Source of the DNA: Eledone cirrhosa
Lineage: Eukaryota
Direction of reading: 5' to 3'
Assembly: GCA_964016885.1 (NCBI GenBank)
Contig: OZ024747.1
Location: 91,636,001-91,700,000, forward strand
DNA: 64,000 bases
The translations under genes were made by a program, and so were the position numbers. Each line of letters starts with the position of its first letter. Within the stretch, counting starts at the first letter, position 1. Shown here one piece after another: positions 43,294 to 57,237 of the stretch. The notes under the pieces were generated by a model, which ran no database searches, was not told where the DNA came from, and saw nothing but the letters and a program-made list of their open reading frames with translations.

Positions 43294-43514
43294 CTCTTTA
43301 GCATTTAAACCGGCCATATCCGGCCAGAATCCTTTCACCTCTTTCTCTTCAAACCAGCCGTAACCGGCAACTCATACTTATGTTAAGGTATTGTTCTCAA
43401 AATATATAACATCAACATCTTGTAAATTCGATATTATGTGACATAATTATGTGAGATAAAGCCTTTACCACAAAAATACAATAGTAAACATAGAGTAATG
43501 TAAACGCTAAAGGG
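43294..43514. mobile_element. piggyBac-type MITE
   Basis: TTAA on both sides; TIRs CTCTTTAGCATTT / AAACGCTAAAGGG. Confidence 0.75.
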
Positions 43515-43519
43515 TTAAT

Positions 43520-43665
43520 AATGTTTTTCTATTTTGGGCACAAGGCCGGCAATTTGAAGGGGAGGAGAAAGCTGATTAGGATGAAAGGCAAAACTAACCT
43601 CGGTGGGATATGAAATCAGAACGAAAAAGGGCCGTAACTCTATGCCACGAAACATTTGGTCCGCG
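43520..43665 (-). mobile_element. Degenerate SINE family A-related copy
   Basis: GCACAAGGCC and AGGATGAAAGGCAAA motifs. Confidence 0.65.
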
Positions 43666-44443
43666 GCATACTATTACGACCTTATAGTCTGCCATGGCTT
43701 ACTAGCTCCATATGGACGTTTAAATTGATAAAATAAATAAATAAATAGAATCTAACCATAATGTACCGCATAAACTACATGTAAATGAAATATACTACCC
43801 ACATTACTAAAGCCTTCGTACCAGCTGCTTTCGAAATGATGACTTGCGGAAAACAGATGATAAAATGGAGAAGTTAAAAGTGAATAAGAGATGATTGTGC
43901 GACATAATTTCAGTTATATAACTGTTCACATTACAATTTTCAATTACGACTATTTGGTCTGCAGCTGTTCTATAAGGATATTGCACCTTTATATAGCAGT
44001 AATATTCGATAGCTTACTGATATATTTGTATATGTCTTCTAAATATTTGATTGGACATTATATTTCTAATATTTATACGCACACGCACACGCACACGCCC
44101 CCCGCCCCCCATACACACACGCACACACACGCGCGTGCCAACACACACACACACACACACATATATATGTATATATATATAAATATCACAACAAAGCCAT
44201 TAGCAGAGAAGGATGGACAGACAAAATGACTTTCCTCTCTGAAGGATCACTTATGTGAAATTAACTTTTCTTCCCCTCTCTCTCTATATATATATATTTT
44301 TTGTTATTATCATTATTTTCCCTATTTGTACAAATATGCAACTTAACAATATTCTGCATATCAGCAATTGAAAATGAATTTAATGCTGAAACCAGCTTTA
44401 AAATTTCAAACATTTCTACAGAAAAAAAAATATTTTTCCTTTC

Positions 44444-44526
<83 letters not shown>

Positions 44527-44531
44527 TAGAT

Positions 44532-44735
44532 AGATATGTAAAATCAGGACCGCGGCACCAAGCGGTTTCGGGTTGCAAATCCTACTGAAAACACTGTTCA
44601 AACCGCTTGGCAGCGCGCGTCAGAATTTTACATATCTCTATACCCACTCTGTATCTCCACATGCATTGAGTACTCCCATGACAAGTGGTCTCCCCGGTCT
44701 CAGCACCACAGACTCCCGATTTCTCTCTTCCTGTA
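44532..44735 (+). mobile_element. Fold-back element with half-hammerhead and H1-like tail
   Basis: Imperfect inverted arms 44532-44570 and 44599-44637; minus strand of left arm reads C-GAAA-CCGC-ttggtgcc-GCGG-TC; tail TACCCACTCT...TTGAGTACT before (TA)n. Confidence 0.6.
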
Positions 44736-44802
<67 letters not shown>

Positions 44803-47800
44803 ATAGGGATGCTCAGTTTCTTGAGGATATTGGCCAAAATTTAATAAAAGATACAGAGATCACGAAAGGAAGCTTTATTTGATAACACTATCATAAATAA
44901 TCTTGAGACTCTTCTTGACGCATCTACTTAATGAATCTTTTGTTAGCACACATGACTGCTTCAATACAAGATCTGAAATGTTCGAATCAGATTATCTTTA
45001 TCTATTTTGGATATTGGGCTAGTTATGATGAACTTCAATGTTTACGGTGTAATGGAGGCGTTGATTGACATCTCTATCGACCACGCCACAGGCATAATAA
45101 CCCAACATTTCAACATAGCTGGAGTAAAACAAAAACTAGTGTCAGATGTATAATGTTGAACAATGAAACAAATTAGACATAGTAATGTAGTTTTAATAGT
45201 GTTTTACTATCGTTTCAGAGAACCAAAAAATAGCTTTCGAGGTGTTTTTATTAAATAGATTTCCACACATATGGTTGATAAGTAAATGTTTTCTAACTGA
45301 CGGTAGGGCATTTTCCTGTTATGACGCTCAATACTATATAACGAGTTGTACAAGATGATAAACTTTTGTTGACCCGTTTATTCCATCTTCGTTATTTTTG
45401 TAACTACAATATCATAGAACATGTTCAATGCATAGGATCTTTTGACGACAGAGTAAATATCGACTGTATTCATTCAGTCGATAGAATAAATGCTTGAACA
45501 ATTTGATCATAGGTTTGCTCAATCAAAATTACGACTTGAACGTTACACCATCATTACAACATCAACAACAACATAACCCGGATTTTTTTAATGTGAATGT
45601 TAGCTGTCATAGCTTTGATTACATACAATGTATGCAAAAATGTTCATGTACGTAAGAAATAATTTGAAGTTACATGATATTTCAAATTTATATGTTATAC
45701 TGTTTTTCACATTTATTGAACATACGTGCATTTTAAAAGTCCTTCATTTCTTTTACACCTACAGTGCCTGACGCTAGTTAATGACAGTTTACATTGTTTG
45801 CTATATCTCACTTAATTATCATGTTTTCTTAACGATCTGTTACGATCCAGTAATTAAAATGAAAATACAAGCTGAGATGATAAAAACATTGAAGAAATCT
45901 GAATCTGTGAATGTTTAGGTTCTTTTAATAGAAATGAAGAGTAATACTGTTCTAATGGAGATTTAGTAAGTTTGCAGAGGATTAAGTGGAAACTTCACTG
46001 AGATAAAGCCCTGAAATTATAGATCTGAGTCTAAATTTCGCTTTCAAACAAAATAAATAAATATCTAAAAAGGAAGAACGTAAAATTAAAATCACAAAAA
46101 GAATACAAAAATTCCAATAAAATAATAAACATTTGAGTGAGAAATTTCTTGAAATTTTGTAAAGAGTTTACAGAAAAGTCATCGGTGAAAAATTACAGTT
46201 AAAGGCCAAAAGAAAATGGAAAGAATTTAGATCAATTCCTCTTTTTCTGCCCATGAATATTATATTTAGAGTAACAAGCTTGTTTATATTCCTATGGACG
46301 TTCGAATTGTGTGTTTATTGTAAAAAGTGTATATATTATATTTCTGATTATCCATATAAGCTATGTAGTGCATTATATATTAAGCATTTAAACCATATTT
46401 TAATACATGCGTTGTTATGCATCATACTCCGACTAGTTTAGCTGAGTGGTAATCAACATATGTTATGATTATCTCTGTTATTAATCTCTCCGTGGACAGA
46501 GTGTCGGTCTTCTTTCTAAGTTGAAAGTCTAACAAAGTTAGAAATTGTCCAGATCGATCTTATATTTAAATTTAATAATGTATTTGTGACGTAACTTCTT
46601 TGTTTGCTTTTCACAACTAGGATAAAAATATATACGTACACAGCTACACATATGCATACACATGTATAAGAAAATGCGTAGACACACACATATGCCCAAA
46701 CGTATACAGGCGCACACATGCATATATATGTACAAGCATGCAGGCGTATATATGCATATATACACACCAAGGTACGTGTTGTTGTATATATATATATATA
46801 CACACACACAAAGCATGCAGGCGTACACATACATACACACCAAGGTACATGCTGTTGTATGATATATACAGGGACACATAAGCATACGGGCGCACACATG
46901 CACACATATACACCAAGGTACGTATTGTTGTATATACACATATGCACCCCCCCCCCCCCCCACAAACACACACACAAGCATACAGGTGCATACATACATA
47001 CACACCCAAGTACGTATCGTTGCGTGTCTCTGTGTGTATGTGAATGTGATTCCTAATATGCCTTCCTAACTTGGAAACAGCTCACGTATTAAACATAAAG
47101 TTAAAATAAAGGACATGAATTGAGAAATATATTGAAAGATAGATAAACAAAGAAAAATTATGATTACGTTGAGGAAGGAAAGTGAGAGATAAAGAACCTT
47201 TGTCATTTGTTTCAACAAGTCTGCATATAATGTATTTGCTTCACATTCGATTTTACACACACGTACGAACACGCACACACAGACACAGACACAGACACAC
47301 ACACACACAGACACATACACACATACATGCGCGCACATACACGCGCGCACATACACGCGCGCACAGACACGCGGACACGGACACGCACGCAGACCCGCGC
47401 ACACACACACACACAGGCGCACACAGGCACACGCAGACACAGGCGCACACACACACATCTGTGTATATGTGTTTCTGCGCGAGTGTATTTGTGTATGTGA
47501 GTTTCTGAAAGCATATATAACCATGCTCTTAAATTTACTTCAACATATACACAGAAAATTTCCTTAATCGTTGACACCCTAGATGCCCACATATAAATGT
47601 GTGTTTGTTGAGTGTTCAATATTAACGATATTGCTGACACTAGTTAGGAACTGACAAATAATGTTATCCTCAACAATGCATCGACCTACAGTAGCTGTGA
47701 CCTTCGAATTATTTCCTTCAAGCTATCAGAAGCTCCTAAATATTATACTATATTCAGAGCATACTGAAAGAGAGGGAACTATGTGTGGCCATATGATCGT

Positions 47801-50800
47801 TAGTACAAGAAATTGATTTCCAAAGAAACTGTGGAGCAAGTATTGATATAGTTCCATGTTGCTGTTGGTTTTAACGGAGTTGCCCCGTTGAGATAACGTG
47901 CGCTTTTAAAAGAATCTTTAGTTGGAAATATTAACAATCTTTTAACGTGCTTTTGTGTAACCGTCATTCTTTACCGTATGGGAGGAGTTAAAATGCATTG
48001 TATGTGGGAACAATTAGAGTTGAAAGCAGAAAGATACGCTACGAAAGGGAACATTAATTAAAAAAGAAAGCAAAGAAAGAAAATCAAATAAAGCTTTGTA
48101 GTGATAAACCGATTTACATGTGTCAGCAGTTAAGGTTTTGTCTCACTGCATAAATGGGTTGCTGACAGTATATTATTTCTTGTGTGACAGATATTTTGCA
48201 GCAGTCAATGTCTCCACTTAATAATTGGATTGAAAACCATAATCAAAATATAGTGATTTTGGCTTGCTATACTGGAAACATAGCAAGTGTAAAGTGTAAT
48301 CTAATGTATTCCAATACTTATATTTCTATGATAAATACTATTATATGGTTATTTATTTATGTTTTGCATGTGTTTCTGATACATGTAGAAACAACAATCA
48401 TATAACTATAGAGAATACATTATTAATGCACGGTTTAAACAGAACTATACGATTTTAATGATTACATGACCTGTGATAAATTTCCCTTCAAAATATGATA
48501 AATATGATTATATACTTTTATGGCACAATGTTTGCTGCCAAGCGACTAGATTTAAATTCACGAGAAATAGACATAGTTATGAATACAGACTCATTAATTA
48601 GAAACCCTTTACATCATCCGTTTGGATTTTATATTTCTATATTTGGTACTATGTTCGTTTAAGAGTTCAATTGCTGTCAGTTTTATCATAGTATTTTAAT
48701 ACAAAGAAAGTTTCTAAACTGTCTCTCAAATTGTTAGAAATGCATCCTTAAAAATAAATTTGCACATTGGATAATGTAGTCTGAGATACATCATGTCTAA
48801 AGACAAGTGTATGGCAGGAGAGTTGGACAGCAGACGGTCTCCAGAAAAGAAACCCCATTCAAACGAGTGTTTAACTGTCAAGTAAAGGGATAGATTCAGA
48901 CTCATGACTAACATAAGCTCTCCGATGATGCCAGCGGAATACAGAAAAAAAAGAGTTAAAGTGTAGTTTAAGAGCAAGCTAATGAAGCGAAGAAACAAAC
49001 TGAAAGTTATCGAAAACAACCGAAATATGGTGAAACCAATTAGTAACATTTTGCCTATCCTACAACAATTTCTACGTCTTTCGATGACAATGAACTTAGC
49101 ACCCTTAACTTTGCCTCCTTACTTCACCATATTTACTTTGAGGTTTATGTGGTTTTCCAGGCCAACGTATATACAGTCATTGTATAACTATGTATATATT
49201 CCTTTCTCTACATTGATATAATATATTCTTGAATTAGTATGCTTTACCGAGAAGATTCAATATATGAGGGTCAACATACCTGTTTAAGATCAGACTATCT
49301 TTTCACTGTCTTGCCTATTTCCAACTTTAATTAATTAACATTGTTTTAGGTCAAATCTTTAAACACCCTTTTGTGGTTGTGAATTCGAGTTGATATTTTG
49401 CTTTACAATGTCTGAATTCTCATCGATACGTGTATATTGTCGGTTCGTTAAGTGTGCATGAGCTTACCTCTCTACTTTCTAGACTAAAAAGTTTTACAGA
49501 GTGATTAACTATTTTGAGTTTGCGGTTATCAAATGAGCTAATGTTCATATGAACGTATGAAGTTAACGTATATGCTGATAGGGAAAATATGGAATACGTC
49601 TTTAACTGGATGATGATGTCCTTGTTAGTATTGTTAATTCAACCATGATTGAGCAGACCTATAATTCCAGCCGTGACCATCTAATCATTTCCTAAGTATA
49701 GAGAACACTGAACTTACATTTCCTTTTAGAAGATAATTGGTTTAAATTTTAAATAGGTCGACTGATCCTATAGTGGCTTGCTTGATGCCACAAAGTCTAT
49801 TGGGATTTCACTCTCATTTTATCAAACTATAATTGTCTTTGCGGAAAAAAGTGCCGGATTGCTACATTTTATGAAGGATATTTTATGAAGGATAATGGTC
49901 GATTGATGTTTATTCAGGTGTGAACGAAGATCCTACTGCGTCTCCTACATCTTGCTATCTACTGGCATTGCATATTATTTAATTGATAACACATTTAATA
50001 TACAGAAAAACTGATATAGTAATTTGCAAAGGACTACAAACTGAGCTTACTCGGTACTTTGCTTTACGTGGCAAATTATCAAATCAGCCCCCGGAGCAGA
50101 TACAACCTATGCAATGTGGAAGTGCCTAAACAGACGAAGATTAGGTGTTGGACGTGCAAAAGACACTCTTGCAAATGGGGATATTTAAAGGATGGGGACG
50201 TTGTGTGTGACTATGACTATTCCCCCTTGCTGGAACACACCTACACAGCATTGGACTTGCTAGAGTTTAATGAGAAAGGACAGCAATGTGTTCAGCTGTG
50301 GCGGAGCCACATCTAGCCAAGCTTTGTAAATGACACATTTGTGGACACGACAAGAAGATCAAATCGGATTCTAACTTGGTGTTACTTTTCTTATTTCGGT
50401 TTCTTAAAGAAAATAGAAGAAAGCAATTGTATTTATGTTTTATATATATATGAATAAGGATTTGGTTAAGAACATGGGTGATAGAAAACTGGGAAGTGGA
50501 ATTAGAGATTTGGTTAAAGTAATTTTAATTTTAACGAAATTATGTTGTAGCCTTTGATTAAATTTAGACCCAACATGCTAAAATGCGTTCCTAACCTAAG
50601 TTAAGATTTGATGGAATATGGCAGCTATTTCTAGCATAACGGCTCTCTATCACTTGTAGTGTTATACGCTATGGCTTGTGGATATCTGTATATATTGAAG
50701 TGATATTTTGTGACTCGTGGATATCTATATATATATTGTAGAAACTTGTGGATATCTCTATATGTTGTAGTGTTATTTGTACTTTAATAGACTTTTCTCT

Positions 50801-51216
50801 CAGTTTAGAATTGTTACTAGTTCAGTCAATTAGAATTCCATATGTAGTTAAATTCAGTGTTTTCTTTTGAAAGAATTCTATAAGTAGGCTTTTAGGAACG
50901 GTCTTGAAGATTGAAGCGGTGTTGCAACGTTTATGTTGAGATACAAACGCACATACAGTGGTAAACACACACGCACACACACATACACAGACACAGACAC
51001 ATACACACACACACATACACACACACACGCACACACACATATATATATATATACTTCCAGATAAGTCATACATATCAATCGTTTACAATCAATGCTACGA
51101 AACCTTAGAATTGAGCTGTTATTATGTCATTGTATTCATCAGGAAGGTACTTCAGTAACGTCTGCACTAAACACTAAAATTCAATGCATGCAAACACACA
51201 TGTATATACATACGTA

Positions 51217-51341
<125 letters not shown>

Positions 51342-51507
51342 ATTTGTATGTATATATATATACATATATAATTGCACGCGTAAACACATGCACCCACACA
51401 GGCACACATATATATACACAGGTAAACTTCCGTTATAACGAAACCATTATAAAGAATTTTTACAACGAAATTTCGTTATAACTGAATTTCATAATATATA
51501 TATATAT

Positions 51508-51701
51508 ATAGGAACGATTAGGACCCCGACGGCTGAGCTCAAGCCGTTTCGACGGCTAATTCAGTCCAGAATTAGCCGTCGAAACGGCTTGAGCTCAGCC
51601 GTCGGGGTCCTACTCGTTCCTATTACCCACTCTATTACCCTAAGTATTGAGTACTTTGGTGCGTTATGGTACATCTGGTTCCTTACCACATTTCGTTCGT
51701 T
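51508..51701 (+). mobile_element. Family H1 fold-back element with 3' half of hammerhead
   Basis: Palindrome 51508-51623; GAATTAGCCGTC-GAAA-CGGCT-tgagctc-AGCCG-TC (51569-51603). Confidence 0.8.
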
Positions 51702-51822
51702 ATATATATATATATATATATATAATGGTAGAACACTGGAAGGTAATATCCGTAGTGTTAGAGCACTCAGTCAATGGGACGAGTTAGGTAGAAGTGGTAA
51801 CTCAACAGTTAGTTCACCATAC

Positions 51823-51860
51823 CGATATCAATTGTTTCACCTTAGCGGATCTTCAGCTCG
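51823..51860 (-). ncRNA. Minimal type I hammerhead (core intact, cleavage site mutated)
   Basis: CGAG-CTGAAGA-tCCgctaaGGt-GAAA-CAATTG-AT-ATCG. Confidence 0.65.
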
Positions 51861-52177
51861 TAATGGACATGGTTATACGGAACAGGAAGGACAAACGTAT
51901 GAACTCGCATGCGCAGAAACGATCACTTCACACAGGCAATACTAAATTGCGTGCGAGATGTGTAAGGGAGATAACTACGAAAGTCCGAAAGTTTCTAGTT
52001 GATAAAAAAATCAGGATGTTGTTGTAATTCAATCCGGAGCTTTGTAGTTATGAAAGAGGTGTTTCGAGAAAAATTCATTTCTCGAGTTTAGGCAATCACT
52101 ATTGCGTAATCACTTTAGAATATTTATTCGTTCATCAATACATAGTCCACACGACGGATTGCCTCTTGCGTATGGCT

Positions 52178-52396
52178 TGGAAAGCCATCACTAAGTCCAA
52201 GCCATACGCAAGGGGCAATCCGTCGTGTGGACTATGTATTGATGAACGAATAAATATTCTAAAGAGATTACGCAATAGTGCTTGCCTAAACTCGAGAAAT
52301 GAATTCTTCACACGTTGTCCAGACGTCTCGAAACATCTCTTACATAACTACAAGCTCCGGATTGAATTACAACATCCTAATTTTCTTTTCAACTAG
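52178..52396 (+). pseudogene. C-terminus of a Penelope-like GIY-YIG endonuclease
   Basis: WKAITKSKPYARGNPSCGLCIDERINILKRLRNSACLNSRNEFFTRCPDVSKHLL matches the W...pY...C.LC..E...I...LN.R.E...C...K.LL PLE pattern. Confidence 0.82.
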
Positions 52397-52521
52397 AAAC
52401 TTTCGGACTTTCGTATTTACACCTCTCGCACGCAATTTAGTATTGCCTGTGTGAAGTGATCGTTTCTGTGTATGCGCGTTCGTACGGTTGTCCTTCCTGT
52501 TCCGTATAACCATTTCCATTA

Positions 52522-52559
52522 CGAGCTTAGGATCCGTTAAGGTGAAACAATTGTTCTCG
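52522..52559 (+). ncRNA. Minimal type I hammerhead (core mutated, cleavage site intact)
   Basis: CGAG-CTTAGGA-tCCgttaaGGt-GAAA-CAATTG-TT-CTCG. Confidence 0.6.
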
Positions 52560-52806
52560 GTATGGTGAACTAACGGTTGTGTAACAACTTATATATATAT
52601 ATATAGTTGAAAACGAAAGAACAAAAGACAGGAGGCAATTAATTGTACAGTAATATTAGTTTCGCACTTGGTAGAAGTGAAGGATATATATATATATATA
52701 TATATATATAGTAATAATAAATACAAAGACAGAAGAAGGGTATATATATAAACCTAATATATACCTTCCATATACTGTACCGATTGTGTTGTTATTTCTG
52801 TTTACC

Positions 52807-52918
<112 letters not shown>

Positions 52919-52951
52919 GTGTGTGTGTGTGCGCGTGTTTAATATACAAAT

Positions 52952-53002
52952 GGCTTCTACGGGACTAGAACTGTTTCATTGGGGAGAAATCATCAGGAAG
53001 CC
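52952..53002 (-). ncRNA. Type I hammerhead ribozyme in a ~75-bp inter-microsatellite insert
   Basis: Stem I GGCTTC/GAAGCC, CTGATGA, weak stem II tTTctccccAAt, GAAA-C...G-TA. Confidence 0.68.
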
Positions 53003-53012
53003 GACTGTCCAA

Positions 53013-53045
<33 letters not shown>

Positions 53046-53075
53046 ATCAAAAGATGGTTAAAGGAGTTCCATGTA

Positions 53076-53142
53076 TTTTATTATGCGCATTTCAAAAACA
53101 AACATCATCATGCAATAATATTTGTGTTTTCATCAGATAAAA
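53076..53142 (-). ncRNA. Type I hammerhead ribozyme, left arm
   Basis: TTTTAT-CTGATGA-AU-rich stem II-GAAA-TGCGCA-TA-ATAAAA. Confidence 0.78.
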
Positions 53143-54156
53143 CAGGAGGACATGATATGAAGGCTAAAAAACACTTGTGGATAGTGCAGTTTTAAATCAA
53201 CATATGAAAAGTAGTTTTAGATTGATGTGTGATATTGGGAAAAATATTTTATTTAGAGAGGGGGGGGGGGTGGAAAGGATGAAAAAAGGGGAGGAGATGA
53301 GAGTGAAGGTGGAGAGGGAGAGATGGGTGATAGAGAGAAAGAGATAGTTTTTATAACTGAGAGAAGATATATTGTTTTACATAGAGAGGTTGAAAACCGT
53401 TGGAAGATAATGTATAAATTAAAAGAATTTGAAAATTAACGAAGGGAAAAATATGTACGAGGAAAAAATATTTTATTTAGAGAGGGGGGGGGGATGAAAA
53501 AATGGGAGGAGATGAGAGTGAAGGTGGAGAGGGAGAGATGGGTGATAGAGAGAAAGAGATAGTTTTTATAACTGAGAAAACATATATTGTTTTACATAGA
53601 GAGGTTGAAAACCGTTGGAAGATAATGTATAAATTAAAATTATAAATTTAATTTATACATTATCTTCCAACGGTTTTCAACCTCTCTATGTAAAACAATA
53701 TATCTTTTCTCAGTTATAAAAACTATCTCTTTCTCTCTATCACCCATCTCTCCCTCTCCACCTTCACTCTCATCTCCTCCCCTTTTTTCATCCTTTCCAC
53801 CCCCCCCCCCCCCTCTCTAAATAAAATATTTTTTCCTCGTACATATTTTTCCCTTCGTTAATTTTCAAATTCTTTTAATTTATACATTATCTTCCAACGG
53901 TTTTCAACCTCTCTATGTAAAACAATATATCTTCTCTCAGTTATAAAAACTATCTCTTTCTCTCTATCACCCATCTCTCCCTCTCCACCTTCACTCTCAT
54001 CTCCTCCCCTTTTTTCATCCTTTCCACCCCCCCCCCTCCTCTCTAAATAAAATATTTTTCCCAATATCACACATCAATCTAAAACTACTTTTCATATGTT
54101 GATTTAAAACTGCACTATCCACAAGTGTTTTTTAGCCTTCATATCATGTCCTCCTG

Positions 54157-54221
54157 TTTTATCTGATGAAAACAAATATTATTGCATGATGATGTTTGTT
54201 TTTGAAATGCGCATAATAAAA
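54157..54221 (+). ncRNA. Type I hammerhead ribozyme, right arm (2-nt deletion in stem II)
   Basis: TTTTAT-CTGATGA...GAAA-TGCGCA-TA-ATAAAA. Confidence 0.72.
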
Positions 54222-54349
54222 TACATGGAACTCCTTTAACCATCTTTTGATCTTATATATTATGTATACTCCAGTCCTACAAAATGTAGAGTGCTTCTTA
54301 TCCGATATCTGCATTGCTTTATTGTACTACGATAAAACTCACCTCCTAC

Positions 54350-54398
<49 letters not shown>

Positions 54399-55043
54399 CA
54401 CAAACATATGCATATATAGACACAGTCATCACCTTCTCTCTATAGCTTTATCCAGCTTCCTTCCTCTCACACTACCCCGTCGTTCCCTACTGCTCTTTCT
54501 CCACCCGAGTTCATGCTAACATTCTGTTCTCCACCTTTATTTCGTTTTGTGTGATTTCCTTAGTGTTCTAGAGTTTTGCAGAATCCATTGATATGTATCC
54601 TTAGTCATCGGTCAAGAGATACTTCACAAGAAGCTATTTTCCAACTCTTATGCTGATTTCTGTCCCATATTTATAGACTTGATCCATGGATTGACTTCAA
54701 GATTTGCTTTCAATATGTGATATCGACGATATTTGGATGATAAACATACGTTTGAAACTATTCTAAGCAAATCTCCTTGTTGCATATATCTAATTATGTA
54801 TGTATGTGTATGTATGTATGTTATTGATATTATTAGTACATATTAAAGTTTAAACAAATAATTTCTGCTATTACCCTATACGGGATCTTTTGAAACACAG
54901 GTCTATGGGTTTATATATATTTACACAGAAACACACATACACATATACACTCAAAAACATATACACTCACACACATATACACTCACACACATACACATAT
55001 GTTTAATCCTCAGCGAGACCTCTTCGGTCTTTGTATCTATTAT

Positions 55044-55104
<61 letters not shown>

Positions 55105-55322
55105 TTATCTAGCGATCGAAAAATGCATGCTAATCTTTTAGGTGTAGGTTTGCATGTGGCGGGAGTTGTGTGTGGTGTAGATTTGTGTGTGGTAGGGAAT
55201 CATCGTATTGTTTTCTAATGTGATCAAATTTTAGCGGTTTTATATGTTTTGCATATATATATATATATCTATATATACATATACATACATTATATATATA
55301 TATTTATATATATACATATACA

Positions 55323-55386
<64 letters not shown>

Positions 55387-55488
55387 CATACATATACATA
55401 CATATATATGTGTATATATATACATATACATACATATATATCTATATATATTCATATACATACATATATGTAAATATATATGTATATC

Positions 55489-55520
<32 letters not shown>

Positions 55521-56821
55521 CATATATGTATATATATAGATAGATAGATAAGTATATATATATATGTATATTTATATATGTATATACTTGTGTGTGCGTG
55601 CTTGTGTCGTTTGCATTAGTTTGGACAACAGAGGGGTTTAGTCATAGAGAATATCAGTTTTAAAAGATGTGTATCTATGAATTATGGTTTGTGTAGTAAC
55701 GTGGATGATAAAAAATTTGGAAGATAAATTATAGTTTTGGGTAAAGTAATTTTCATTTGAATGAAATCACAAAGCAGCCGTTGATTAATTTTAAACCCAG
55801 CGGTGAAGATTTTATCAGTTGTGACAGCATCCACATGATCCTTTGCAATCTACTTCAGAAAGCGTGAAGAGAAAACCAATAGCGCTCTTATTTCATTTAG
55901 CTAACGAACCTATTAATGGCTCCTGGTTTTCAAAACTATATATTAAAATCTAATTAGCAATTATGAAATATCCTTAATAAAAAGATTAAGCTCCAATGAT
56001 GTGTCTTTATTATATGCTAGAAAGAAATATTTGTTGTGTAGTAAATTAAAAAATTGACTTATTTTTACAATCTTTATGCCTGTTAGTCTGTTTTCGAGGA
56101 GTTTGTGATAATGAATTAATGTAATTTAAAAAAAAGGAAACAATAAACAGCCTTGAAGTAAAAAATTAAAGCATATTTATGTTTCCATAACAACGATAAA
56201 TAGGACCTCGCTTGTGAATGCAACATTATAAATTTGAGATTCAAATTAATAACTTTTACATGGGCTCTTAAATAATTAATGAAACATTAAATGTTTTTTG
56301 CATAATAATAATAAAGCCTATCTCAACAATAGCCACACTCAAACCCTATAAGTGTGTCCGATATAATAAAATTATAATAAAATCTAGACCTGGCAGTACG
56401 GGATACGAAACCACAATAAGTGTGTTATTAACACGATGTTGTAATCAACTAATAAACTGCTATTTTATCGCATTCACTTTAGAAATTAAGACGTAGATGG
56501 CACATACACATACATGTATGCACACACAGGCAGACACACACACACACACAGACATAGGCACATACACACACACACACAGATTACTTTCGTTTCATTATGA
56601 ACATAAAATCTCCAAAACGACGGCCACTTATTTGTTCAGCATCTCCCCAAACATCGCACTACCCTCCAAACCAGCATCTCGATAGAGATCGAACCATGAA
56701 TTGATTGATCGCGAAACGCGCCTCACACCTGAATAAACTTAATGCTAATCTGACACCTCGTCCATACTTATTATTACTGTATATATATATATATATTACT
56801 GTATATATATATATATATAAT

Positions 56822-57133
<312 letters not shown>

Positions 57134-57134
57134 T

Positions 57135-57237
<103 letters not shown>

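Larger units (their letters stand above)
51724..52590. mobile_element. Penelope-like element 3' fragment as an inverted (fold-back) pair in (TA)n
   Basis: Arms ~51792-52181 and 52196-52590 are diverged reverse complements; the left arm extends to 51724. Confidence 0.88.
53041..54256. mobile_element. 1.2-kb near-perfect palindrome (8-nt spacer at 53639-53646), each arm with an internal ~200-bp direct repeat and an outward-facing HHR
   Basis: ATAAGATCAAAAGATGGTTAAAGG... and ...CCTTTAACCATCTTTTGATCTTAT. Confidence 0.9.

Noticed and set aside
51418-51490. Tigger/pogo-like terminal sequence (CAGGTAAACTTCCGTTATAACGAA)
   Set aside because: Only one end is visible; no partner TIR or TSD found
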